A stretch of DNA of 59,500 nucleotides, filler included. It is 6 parts of 6 records of this genome, joined end to end, with 100 filler letters (N's around TTAATTAATTAA, not from the genome) between each part and the next. Parts side by side here need not be neighbours in the genome. Positions count along the whole stretch, not along the records: positions 47,138 to 52,715 come from SRR31156797_18131; positions 52,816 to 59,500 come from SRR31156797_18139; 4 more parts are not named here. One strand, 5' to 3'. A model generated the notes under the pieces. The model did no database searches and was not told the DNA's origin. It was given only the letters and a program-made list of their open reading frames with translations. Made by a program: the position numbers and the translations under genes. This document shows, in pieces, positions 50,674-59,500 of the stretch (the first letter of the stretch is position 1; each line of letters starts with the position of its first letter).

Positions 50674-51699
50674 ATGACCCAAAACATCGGTTTCGGCATC
50701 GTGGGATCGGGCCTAGCAGCTTATTATCATAAGATTGCAATCGAAAGTAACTTTGAACTAGGAGCAAGACTTAAAGCCGTGGCCGGCAGGGATGAAAACA
50801 AATTCCAGGCCGCCTGCGAAGAGTTCGGCGTCCCGTGCATGACCTATAACGATATGCTGAATAAATCGGACGTGGACGTGGTCTGCATTTGCACGCCCAG
50901 CGGCCTGCATGCAGAGCAGGCTCTTGCCGCGGCTGAAGCCGACAAACATGTGCTGGTGGAAAAACCAATGGCTATATCGGTAGCTGATGCCGATGCCATG
51001 ATTAAGACTTTTGAGGAAAAAGGCCTCTTTCTGGGTGTGGCCTATCAGAGGCGGGCCGAAGCCCGATACCGGGAAGTATACCAAATAGTTGAAAGCGGAG
51101 GAATCGGAGACATCACGTCAGCTCTTGTCACTATTCCCTATCAGCGAACCATGGAATATTACGATTCCGCCCCCTGGCGGGGGACATGGCGACTGGACGG
51201 CGGCGGAGTTCTTATGAATCAGGGCATTCACCTGATTGACCTGCTGGTATGGTATGCGGGCGATCCGGTTGAAGTAAAAGCCATAGGCGGCACACTTCTT
51301 CATAATATCGAGGTGGAAGACACCCTGTCGGCCTGCTTGCGATTTGAAAACGGCGCCATGGCGACAGTCGCCGCAACTACGACAACTACACCGGGTTACC
51401 CTCATCGCCTGGAAATATATGGAAAAAAAGGCGGGATACAGGTAGAAGGCGAAGCCATTATCCGCAGGTATACAATGGTTGATCCGCCCGAAAACCTGAC
51501 TTATAGTTCCAGCAAGCAAGTTGATGCAGGGTCCGGAGCTGATCCAAAGGGAATCAAGGCCGACGGACATATCGGTTTGATCGCCAACTTTTTCCGGGCG
51601 ATCCGAGGCGATGAAACGCTTTTGGTAGGCGGTCGCGAGGGGCGGCGCAGCTTGAAACTGGTTATGGAAATATACAAGCAGGCCGGGTTACGTTATTAA
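50674..51699 (+). CDS. Gfo/Idh/MocA family oxidoreductase
   Basis: GIVGSG; CTPSGLH; HVLVEKP; WRG...GGGVLMNQGIHLID. Confidence 0.92.
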   Translation: MTQNIGFGIVGSGLAAYYHKIAIESNFELGARLKAVAGRDENKFQAACEEFGVPCMTYNDMLNKSDVDVVCICTPSGLHAEQALAAAEADKHVLVEKPMAISVADADAMIKTFEEKGLFLGVAYQRRAEARYREVYQIVESGGIGDITSALVTIPYQRTMEYYDSAPWRGTWRLDGGGVLMNQGIHLIDLLVWYAGDPVEVKAIGGTLLHNIEVEDTLSACLRFENGAMATVAATTTTTPGYPHRLEIYGKKGGIQVEGEAIIRRYTMVDPPENLTYSSSKQVDAGSGADPKGIKADGHIGLIANFFRAIRGDETLLVGGREGRRSLKLVMEIYKQAGLRY

Positions 51700-51745
51700 A
51701 TCAATAAAGTGCTGCCAAAGCCGGCTGATAGCCTTCACAATAATA

Positions 51746-52715
51746 TCATTGGCCGGGGCGGTGGACTATAAGCATGGGGCGCCGGCAACGGGAAGCTACA
51801 TCCCTGGCCAGGGAACCGAAAAAAAGTCGTTGCAGTACTTGGGATTGACCGGCCGGCATAATGACCAGATTATGGCGCAGGGATTCCTGAACAATAGTCT
51901 CCTGACGGGCTTCAGTGGGCTGAACCCGCGACAGCACCGACGCAGCCAAATCATGATCCCTGGACCATTCGTTAATCCAGTCCTCGGCCTCTTCCACCTC
52001 TTCGTCAAGAGCATCCGACGGCAATAGATGCAGCAGGGTAATGCGGTGCTTGCCGATCCTGGCCAAGGCCTGAATAACCTCGCCCACGACTTGCAGTTCC
52101 TCACGGTCGGAGATCGGAGCAAGAATGCTTTCGGTGTGCAACTCCCCGATCAGACGCACCACTACAACCGGGCAGGGAGCATCACGGGCAACCGCTTCCA
52201 CTATTTTTTGAAACGCCCGTTCCGAATGGCCTATGGGATGGCCCAACAAAATGGCTTTCAACGGTATATGATCCGAGGCTGACAGGATGCCGGCGGCCAC
52301 GCTCGGGTTTGATACTTGCATGGTTTCCAGGCAGAAACCTATGGACGAAACTTCTTTGCCCGCCAGTTGGAAGAGATTGTCCGCCTTTTCCCGATCCGGT
52401 TCGTTTGAACCGGTGTGTACGGCTACGGCCAATAATTCGGCCTGGTAATTATTGGCCATAAGGGCGGCCATGCGGGAAAGGCCGGCTACGGTGACCGGTG
52501 AGCTTACCCCAAAGGCGACGCGTCCGCGGGATTCCGCCGGTGGAACAAGTTTGGGCCAGGTCCAGGGGACGAGTAGGCAGTCCCGGCCTGATTCCCGCTC
52601 CAGGATTTTATCCTGCTGTTGGATAACGTCCTGGCTGAATTCGGTTTCACCGGCCCAGGTGACGGCCATACGGGCGCAAATCGGCCCCAATAACTCGGAA
52701 AGCACCACTCCTCCC
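51746..52715 (-). CDS. C-terminal part of a probable cation:proton antiporter fused to tandem universal-stress (USP) domains (5' truncated)
   Basis: Last TM VLSELLGPICAR; two USP-like units ending APCPVVVVR and FFGSLA..VA..CRRPMLIV. Confidence 0.7.
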
Positions 52716-52815
52716 NNNNNNNNNNNNNNNNNNNNNNNNNNNNNNNNNNNNNNNNNNNNTTAATTAATTAANNNNNNNNNNNNNNNNNNNNNNNNNNNNN
52801 NNNNNNNNNNNNNNN
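52716..52815. other. Artificial contig spacer
   Basis: N44 + TTAATTAATTAA + N44. Confidence 0.98.
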
Positions 52816-52879
52816 AAAAAATGATTAGCGTTAGACAAAAGAACAGTTGAAGGAGTACTGACTCAAACGATCACCTTTA

Positions 52880-54583
52880 TTATGTTACAAATTTTATATT
52901 CTCCCCTTTCTTGTAATCAGGCGATAAAACCCTAAGAATCATTTCAAGATTTTTCTTAGCCTTTTTATGGTTGGGATCTAATTCCAAAACCTGCAGGAAT
53001 ATTTTTTTTGCCTCCACATCCTGATACATCAGAGCCAAAGTTACACCCCACCTGTTCAACGAATCAGCATCAGTCTTTCCCGAAATAATAAAAGCTTCTT
53101 TAAAATGGTTCATTGCATGCATATATTGCCCTTTTTCAAGATTATGCCCTCCCATAATCTGATGCCAAGCGATTACGTGATCGGGATTCATATCAATTGC
53201 TTTTAGATAGTGTCTTTTAGCCTCCTCAATCTTACCTTTATCAGTGTAATAAGTGAAAAGGTCGAGATGGGCTATATAATTGTTTTCAGTTACTTCCAAA
53301 GAATGCAGGGCCAATGTTTCTGTATTTCTCCAATATTTAATCTGTTGCCCCGTTCTAATCGCAAGAAATGATATTATCACAACTGGAACGATTGCCATAA
53401 CACTCATAGGCAGCCTTTTTTGTTTCCCAATATCTGCAAAAACCCAAGTCGCTGCGATAAAAAAACCTATAGACGGAAAGTATGTGAAACGATCCGCCAT
53501 CGCCTGATTGGAAACCTGAGTGACGCCTGACATTGGAAAGAGCATGCCTAAAAACCAGAACCAGCCTACAAAGAGGTAAGGGTACTTTTTTATACCCAAA
53601 ATAGCCGCCAGCGATATACCTGAAAGAATCAATAAGGCTCCGCCGCCTGCCAAAAGCGTTAAGTCATTTCCAGGGTGGGGGTAAAAAACCGTAAGGTTCT
53701 CAGGCCAGAGAATTTTAGAGATATATCGTATATAACTGACAAGTGCATTTAATATTCGTATTTTAAAGGAGTAAACTTCGAGAGACGCGATATCCTCCAT
53801 TGTTGCAATAAAAGTCACTATCACTGACGCCAGAGAAAAAAGTAAAAATGGTATTTTTTCGATAATTAAAGAAGAAAATAATTTTACTTTATCTTTAAAA
53901 AAAACAATATTGCTTTCTGCTTTTTCATCAATAAATCTATATTTAAACCTCTCTAAAGGCCAATAATCCAATAATAGCATTACAAATGGAAGCGTAACCA
54001 AAATAGCTTTTGACATAAGCCCCAGGCTGTACAACAGCAATGCTGCTATATATCTAATAACACTTCCACTTCTGCAATACTCGGTATAGAAAAGTAGTGT
54101 CAAAATCCCAAAAAATCCACTTAAAACATCCTTTCGCTCCGCGATCCAGGCAACAGACTCTACTCTCAACGGATGTAATGCAAATAAAAGAGCAATAATT
54201 AAACTGGAACTAAAACGCCCAGTTGTTTTTTTTAGCAAAAAGAAAAGAAGGCACGCATTGGCAATATGCAATAAAATGTTTGTAAGATGAAAACCAAAAG
54301 GATTTAAACCATAAATATGTACATCCAACATAAATGACAACCATGTCAAAGGTTGCCACATTGAAGCGAAAAAACTGCTGAAAGCCCAGGTAGTGCTTTC
54401 TATGCTCATTCCTTCTTTTACATTGGAGTTATTGATTATGTAACGAGAATCATCAAGAGTTTGAAAATCAAAACCCAGTATTTCAAAATAAAAATAAAAA
54501 AGTGATATAAAGATTAATACTACAGCGACAAAATCACGGCTAATCCTATTTACGAAAATATTATAGATATGCTTATCTTTCAT
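52880..54583 (-). CDS. TMTC-like GT-C membrane glycosyltransferase with C-terminal TPRs
   Basis: LDD.RYI.NN, WQPLT, FHL.N.LLH, LFALHP.RVESVAWI.ERKD, LMSK, ADRFTYFP; TPR tail. Confidence 0.82.
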   Translation of the reverse strand: MKDKHIYNIFVNRISRDFVAVVLIFISLFYFYFEILGFDFQTLDDSRYIINNSNVKEGMSIESTTWAFSSFFASMWQPLTWLSFMLDVHIYGLNPFGFHLTNILLHIANACLLFFLLKKTTGRFSSSLIIALLFALHPLRVESVAWIAERKDVLSGFFGILTLLFYTEYCRSGSVIRYIAALLLYSLGLMSKAILVTLPFVMLLLDYWPLERFKYRFIDEKAESNIVFFKDKVKLFSSLIIEKIPFLLFSLASVIVTFIATMEDIASLEVYSFKIRILNALVSYIRYISKILWPENLTVFYPHPGNDLTLLAGGGALLILSGISLAAILGIKKYPYLFVGWFWFLGMLFPMSGVTQVSNQAMADRFTYFPSIGFFIAATWVFADIGKQKRLPMSVMAIVPVVIISFLAIRTGQQIKYWRNTETLALHSLEVTENNYIAHLDLFTYYTDKGKIEEAKRHYLKAIDMNPDHVIAWHQIMGGHNLEKGQYMHAMNHFKEAFIISGKTDADSLNRWGVTLALMYQDVEAKKIFLQVLELDPNHKKAKKNLEMILRVLSPDYKKGENIKFVT

Positions 54584-54747
54584 CTTGCCGGATATTCCAT
54601 GCTAGTTAATTTCTCTTGAATTAATCGGAGGGCTATAATAAGGACAGGCCGGTATTATCTCAGAATAAATTGTTTTATAAAACCAGAAACTTGATATTTT
54701 ATATAACTAAATTGTTAACAAATATCTTGTTTACGACGGTTCTGGCT

Positions 54748-55122
54748 TCAAGGTCTTACCCACTCCCCGGTGGCGGATACCCCCTCCAATGTAACAGTAA
54801 TATTTGTCGTTCCCCCGGAGCTGGACACATTCCACGTTATTCCTTCGCTTACTGACACTTCAGACTGAGGCAGGGTGGCGCTATTGCATTCCCAGGTGTT
54901 ATAAGTTTCCGGAGCAGTCATTACAGATTTTGAATACATCTTTGAGCAAGCTGATTGAACTGCCGCAATAGTAGCTTCCGCGGATTTTTTTGCAGCTTCA
55001 TCCTTTAAGTCTTGATATCTTGGAATTGCCACAATTGCAATAATGCCTAAAATCACCAGTACAGCTATTATTTCAATTAGGGTAAATCCCATTTTTGCAG
55101 ATTGGCAATCTTGTTTTCTCAA
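54748..55122 (-). CDS. Type IV pilin-like protein (second copy)
   Basis: Class III signal G|FTLIEIIAVLVILGIIAIVAIPRY; TTG start. Confidence 0.88.
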   Translation of the reverse strand: MRKQDCQSAKMGFTLIEIIAVLVILGIIAIVAIPRYQDLKDEAAKKSAEATIAAVQSACSKMYSKSVMTAPETYNTWECNSATLPQSEVSVSEGITWNVSSSGGTTNITVTLEGVSATGEWVRP

Positions 55123-55152
55123 GAATAATAGCCTTTTGCATTGCAGTTAAGT

Positions 55153-55192
55153 AAAGGTCACTCCAGTATTATAACTACATGGAGTGACCTTT
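55153..55192. terminator. Strong hairpin between the two pilin genes
   Basis: AAAGGTCACTCCA...TGGAGTGACCTTT 13-bp perfect stem. Confidence 0.7.
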
Positions 55193-55203
55193 GACTGTTT
55201 TGA

Positions 55204-55566
55204 TTAAGGCCGGTTCCAGGTTCCGGTCGCTGTGCCGCCGCCTTCAGCAGTTGCGGTAATAGAAGATTGGCCAGCGCCGCCGCCTGCGGCTATGTTCCAC
55301 GAAATCCCTCCTGAAGTAGTAACATCAGATGCATTAAGGTTTCCATGGCATGTCCATCCAGCAGCGGACGTGGAATTATTCAACAAAGCTCTTGAATATT
55401 GCATGGAACAAGCCGACATAACTGCAGCCACCCCGCCTTCAGCCGCCTTTGCAGATGCTTGATTTTGAAGATCCTGATATTTGGGAATGGCCACGGCCGC
55501 CAAAATTCCCAAAATGACCAGCACCGCAATAATCTCGATCAACGTAAAACCTTTTCTGTTTTTCAT
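55204..55566 (-). CDS. Type IV pilin (probable major pilin)
   Basis: MKNRKG|FTLIEIIAVLVILGILAAVAIPKY; two Cys; Ser/Thr/Gly-rich C-terminus. Confidence 0.9.
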   Translation of the reverse strand: MKNRKGFTLIEIIAVLVILGILAAVAIPKYQDLQNQASAKAAEGGVAAVMSACSMQYSRALLNNSTSAAGWTCHGNLNASDVTTSGGISWNIAAGGGAGQSSITATAEGGGTATGTWNRP

Positions 55567-55703
55567 CAAAGAATCCCCTTTCACTCAATAAATTTATCTT
55601 TATATCAGCTTAAAAAATGCGTTTAAATACTGAGTTTGATACTTTAACCTCTCAAAAGCAATACCTCCTGACAAAATATTGAATTCAATTACTCTCAAGA
55701 TAG

Positions 55704-55720
55704 AGCAAAATCTAAACCAA
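55704..55720 (-). promoter_or_regulatory. Candidate sigma-54 (-24/-12) promoter of the pilin
   Basis: Minus strand TTGG-TTTAGATTTT-GCT (GG-N10-GC) about 140 nt upstream of pilin ATG. Confidence 0.55.
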
Positions 55721-56136
55721 ATCTTAATTATAATAAATATAAATGCTCAATTTTTATTCATCAATGGTTTTTATTTTCAATTCAAAAGGTTAAAGATAGA
55801 ATCAGCTTATTTTTTCGTGCTGATCTTAAACACTTATAGGCAAAACCACAAAATTTGCAGACCCTGCTCCATTATTTGCTGCCTCCAGAGAACTGAGAAT
55901 CCTCGTATATTTAAATAAAATCGAAGATGTCCTCTCCTTTTGTGTATCTTTCAATTATAATTAATCCTACTACCCTGTGTCAAGAATAAACCGATAAAAA
56001 TATTAGGTTTTTTAAACTATTTCTTTACTTGAGCTTACTTGATGCTCCGAATTTAAACCAATACCAGATGGTTTAATAAGAAACAAAACCAAGCTTTGTC
56101 ACTTGATCGTCCAACTTTAAATCTGCTTACAAAATT

Positions 56137-56916
56137 TCAAAATCTGTATTTAACTAAATACCACAAAGCCTTCACCCCGTCTTTCCAGTTTATTTTCTTT
56201 CCCTCTTCATAAGTCCTCCCGAAATAACTGATTGACAACTCATATATTCGCCAATGCTTGGCTTTCGCCGCCTGTGCACTGAATTCAATTTCAAACCCGA
56301 AATCATTGGCTGTTAAAGAAAGTGTTTCCAAAACCTCTCGCGTAAACATTTTATAACAGACTTCAACATCACTTATAGTCTGGTTGTATAACAGGTTAAA
56401 AATAAATGAAATAAGCCTGTTCGCCAGGTAGTGATGAAAATATAAGCATCGGTGAGGCTGTCCTCCGTAAAACCGTGAACCGTAAACAATATCAGCCGTC
56501 TTTCTTTCAGCAATCAACGGCCACATCCTCTGCCAATCCTGTGGATCGTATTCGAGGTCCGCGTCCTGGATCACAATTACATCCCCGGTAACAGCCCCCA
56601 AACCCGTCCGCAGGGCCGCCCCCTTACCGAGGTTTTTTTCATGAAAAAATGTCCTGATGGAAAACAATGTCTTATCCGATGGCAAGGCATCTACAACTTC
56701 AAAGCCCTTGTCATCAACTTTAGAGGAAAGCGCTGAGTACTTACCCCTCAATCCCACAAGATTATTAGTAATCCACTCTCTGGTCCCGTCAACAGAGCAA
56801 TCATCAACAATAATTATTTCCTTCTCAACCCCAGAAAGAGAATCTATCACTAAAGGTATTATCTTATACAACGTGTTTATTTCATTATATGCCGGTATAA
56901 TTACCGATAGTTTCAC
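56137..56916 (-). CDS. GT2 glycosyltransferase, dolichol/polyprenol-phosphate sugar synthase (DPM1-like)
   Basis: LSVIIPAYNE, VDDCSVDGT, NLGKGAA, QDADLEYDP, VYGSRF, DVEVCYK, FGFEIE; GTG start with AAGGAG RBS. Confidence 0.88.
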   Translation of the reverse strand: MKLSVIIPAYNEINTLYKIIPLVIDSLSGVEKEIIIVDDCSVDGTREWITNNLVGLRGKYSALSSKVDDKGFEVVDALPSDKTLFSIRTFFHEKNLGKGAALRTGLGAVTGDVIVIQDADLEYDPQDWQRMWPLIAERKTADIVYGSRFYGGQPHRCLYFHHYLANRLISFIFNLLYNQTISDVEVCYKMFTREVLETLSLTANDFGFEIEFSAQAAKAKHWRIYELSISYFGRTYEEGKKINWKDGVKALWYLVKYRF

Positions 56917-56959
56917 TTTTTGTCTCCTTGTAAAAAATCCATTGCTGTGAATAGTGAGA

Positions 56960-59107
56960 TCACATCCCTTCCGTAAGGTGCTTGTCCCCATATATTTCCT
57001 TGACTTTATTAATCTTCTGTCGTAAACCCTTATTATCCTGTGGATTCTTTATTTCCGCCAAATCAAGAAAAATTCTTGCTTTGGCTTTCTCACCTGCTAA
57101 AGCCGCCGCCTGTCCTAATTCAAAAATATCCTCGGGGGAAGTGTTAGTCTTAAAAGGATTAACATAATCTGAAATTGTTTTGAATGCTTTGGAATACTCT
57201 TTCAGTTTTAAATAACTCAAATACAAATTTCTTTGAGCTGAACGTATTAAAAGATTATCTCCTCTTTTCAACGCCATTTTGTTATACTTAACGGATTCAT
57301 CATATTGTTCCTTCTTAAACATTACCTGCGCTTTTAAGGCATATCCATGAAAGTTTCCCGGGTATAAATCAATAATATGGTTGGCCAGTTCCAGGGCTCT
57401 TTCATTTTTGTTTTGTTGAATTAGTATATTACATATGATGCCACTATTTATGAGGCCGTCTTTATCAATCTGATGTATCTTTGTTGTCTCATCAAGAATT
57501 TCATTCATCTTTTGCTCATCCATATTTACGTAATCAATATCCCCAATTGAAAAAGGATCTATTGCCTTTAGCTGATACTTTTCAACTATTTCGGGAATGA
57601 TTTTCTTATTTGCAAATAAAATGGAGCTTTCATCAAAAAAAACAGGTTGATACTCACTATACTGTTTCAATATTACAGCAGCTTCCTTTAAATTTGATGG
57701 AATGGCAAGATAGGAAACATCATATTTTGATAAAATATAATCAAACACCGTTTTGTCCCTGAAAGCATTCATGCCGATGAAAATGTCAGTATCGCGAAAA
57801 AACACCATCTGCATATCCGCATATATCTTATATTCCCGACGAAGTCCCCATTGCCAATATCCTCCATAACTGGCTGTATTAAGTATATTTCCACCTGTAT
57901 TAACATAATTAAGAAATTCTATATTGCCTGCTGGCAATCCCACCCTGGAAAAGGGATATCTTTCTCTTGGAATAAATATACTTATCAAAATAACTAAAAA
58001 AATAACCACAGCTGTAATATACAATAGAAATCCAATAGTTCTTTTCTCATTTTTTATTGAGTACAGGCCAATACCATCGCTAATTATTGGTATAGCCAGC
58101 AATATATACTCGTACATAAAACGATTGTGCTTGGTCAGCAAAAATGCCGCCCCGAAAAATAATAATATCCGCCCTGTAGTTATCTTCCTTTTAAGTACAA
58201 GCAGAAAAAAGAAAATCGCGCTTAAGACCACCAACAATACATGAAAGCTGCCCGGAGCCTCCTTAAGTGGAAATAACCTCAATGAAAATAGTTGAAATAC
58301 TGAAAGAGGTATTAGCTCTTCAACATATAAATGCTGCAGATTTGCCTGGAGAAAAGGCGTCTCCAGTAATTTTATTCCATACGGCGTAAGCAAAACACAA
58401 AATAAAGAAGCAATAATACTCCATCTCTGCAGCGGCCCGCAGTCGCTGTATCTTTTTAACTGCCTCTTGTTATCCACATACATATCGACCAGGTACGCCA
58501 GCAGAATAAGGAAGGTCACAGGGAACATGATGCCGTGAATATTGAACCATATTATACTCGCTAACGGCAAAATCCATATTTTATCCCGCCGCTGCTCCAG
58601 AATATACAAAAACATGCATATCATGAAATATGATATTAGATGCGGTCTGATATTTATATCACGCTTTAAAATAGCCAGAGTGTAAAACACAATTAAAATC
58701 AATACAGCCCATTTCTTTACTACATTTCGATTATTCCCCGATATAAAAAAACGAAAAACTAAATAAACCGTTCCGACAAAAAAAATAGCCCTGAAAAACA
58801 CCAGACCGTAATATCCGCAACAAGAATGAATCAGGTATACAATTGCCTGAAACAACCAGTAGTAGTTGATTCCTTCCCTGCTAGGTTCAATAAAGGAAAA
58901 AAAGGTGCTATTCGAGATTTCCCGGTTTTCAATTAAAAATCGCCCCCCGCTCAAGTGATACCACAGGTCTGTGTCAGTTACATAAACCGGGCATCTCAAA
59001 AGAAAATAGGCTGAGATAACGAAAAGGGCGAGAATTGAAATAAGAAAACATTTATCATCGTATTTGACCGATCCGGCGTCGCTCTGTGATGCCAAGCTGT
59101 TGTCCAT
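56960..59107 (-). CDS. Polytopic membrane protein with C-terminal TPRs, putative GT-C glycosyltransferase
   Basis: DTDLWYHL..G after TM1, RPH, WFNIHG, TPYG, GGYW; about 11 TM helices then TPR-like helices. Confidence 0.7.
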   Translation of the reverse strand: MDNSLASQSDAGSVKYDDKCFLISILALFVISAYFLLRCPVYVTDTDLWYHLSGGRFLIENREISNSTFFSFIEPSREGINYYWLFQAIVYLIHSCCGYYGLVFFRAIFFVGTVYLVFRFFISGNNRNVVKKWAVLILIVFYTLAILKRDINIRPHLISYFMICMFLYILEQRRDKIWILPLASIIWFNIHGIMFPVTFLILLAYLVDMYVDNKRQLKRYSDCGPLQRWSIIASLFCVLLTPYGIKLLETPFLQANLQHLYVEELIPLSVFQLFSLRLFPLKEAPGSFHVLLVVLSAIFFFLLVLKRKITTGRILLFFGAAFLLTKHNRFMYEYILLAIPIISDGIGLYSIKNEKRTIGFLLYITAVVIFLVILISIFIPRERYPFSRVGLPAGNIEFLNYVNTGGNILNTASYGGYWQWGLRREYKIYADMQMVFFRDTDIFIGMNAFRDKTVFDYILSKYDVSYLAIPSNLKEAAVILKQYSEYQPVFFDESSILFANKKIIPEIVEKYQLKAIDPFSIGDIDYVNMDEQKMNEILDETTKIHQIDKDGLINSGIICNILIQQNKNERALELANHIIDLYPGNFHGYALKAQVMFKKEQYDESVKYNKMALKRGDNLLIRSAQRNLYLSYLKLKEYSKAFKTISDYVNPFKTNTSPEDIFELGQAAALAGEKAKARIFLDLAEIKNPQDNKGLRQKINKVKEIYGDKHLTEGM

Positions 59108-59250
59108 TAATTGTCCTTTGGTTTATTTAGTTGGTTGTCGAAGCTAATTATCTATCTGTCATGCATGTTCAAGGCTGGCGTAATACTACATGAACAAGGT
59201 CAGCTATTATCCAATTCATTAGGCGTCAAATAACGCCGGCGCCGCCTGTA

Positions 59251-59500
59251 TCAATTATTATTCTCTTCAATTTCTTTTATGGATTTTACATCTATTTCAT
59301 ACTTTTTTATTCTATGCCACAGGCTCCTCTGGTTAATACCGAGCATTTCTGCGGCTTTTACCTGAACACCGCCGCTTTTTTTCAACGCATCAATAATCAT
59401 TGCCTTTTCAAGTTGCTTCAAATGCTCGTCAATGGATACATCTCCCTCATTGGCATCCAAAACCGCGCCCGAGGCCGGACTGACCAACGGTTCCGATCTG
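59251..59500 (-). CDS. C-terminus of sigma-54-dependent activator (Fis-type HTH), PilR-like by context; 5' outside window
   Basis: LEKAMIIDALKKSGGVQVKAAEMLGINQRSLWHRIKKY. Confidence 0.8.
   Translation of the reverse strand, partial: RSEPLVSPASGAVLDANEGDVSIDEHLKQLEKAMIIDALKKSGGVQVKAAEMLGINQRSLWHRIKKYEIDVKSIKEIEENNN

Noticed and set aside
55204-55566. Electrically conductive (e-pili) pilin
   Set aside because: Long pilin with sparse aromatics and no Tyr at position 27; does not fit the Geobacter-type pattern
1-59500. CRISPR arrays, cas genes, transposases, integrases, rRNA
   Set aside because: No regularly spaced repeats or corresponding protein/RNA motifs seen

Overview
This window is not one locus. 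It is six unrelated contigs joined by artificial 100-nt spacers (N44-TTAATTAATTAA-N44). (1) 1-17365, spirochaete-like (solute-binding proteins start 'AGG.QEE'): a sugar ABC/AGE-epimerase/UroD-like locus with a PocR-AraC regulator, a cobalamin riboswitch ahead of an Opp/Nik-type ABC operon, LysE and a GNAT-VOC fusion. (2) 17466-34928, Desulfovibrionaceae-like: nifU (partial), buk, two TetR genes, a short RHS polymorphic toxin with a candidate immunity gene, DUF1007 + Ni/Co transporter, a 2136-aa pseudokinase-AAA-GAF-PAS-His kinase-REC protein, a SAM methyltransferase and prfC. (3) 35029-40139: nudF-like, glgB and two glycosyltransferases. (4) 40240-47037, archaeal (Methanosarcinaceae-like): rpl15e/RNase P/proteasome operon, intron-containing tRNA-Trp with an embedded box C/D guide, cobT, proS. 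(5) 47138-52715: hexuronate locus (GntR, uxaC, TRAP). (6) 52816-59500: two tandem type IV pilins flanked by a TMTC-like GT-C/TPR protein, a polyprenol-P sugar synthase-like GT2, a second GT-C/TPR protein and a sigma-54 activator. Best candidates for something new are the putative eukaryote-like pilin glycosylation locus, the compact RHS toxin-immunity pair, and the sugar locus whose AGE-family enzyme has Lys in place of a catalytic His. All taxonomic and family calls come from motif recognition, not database searches.
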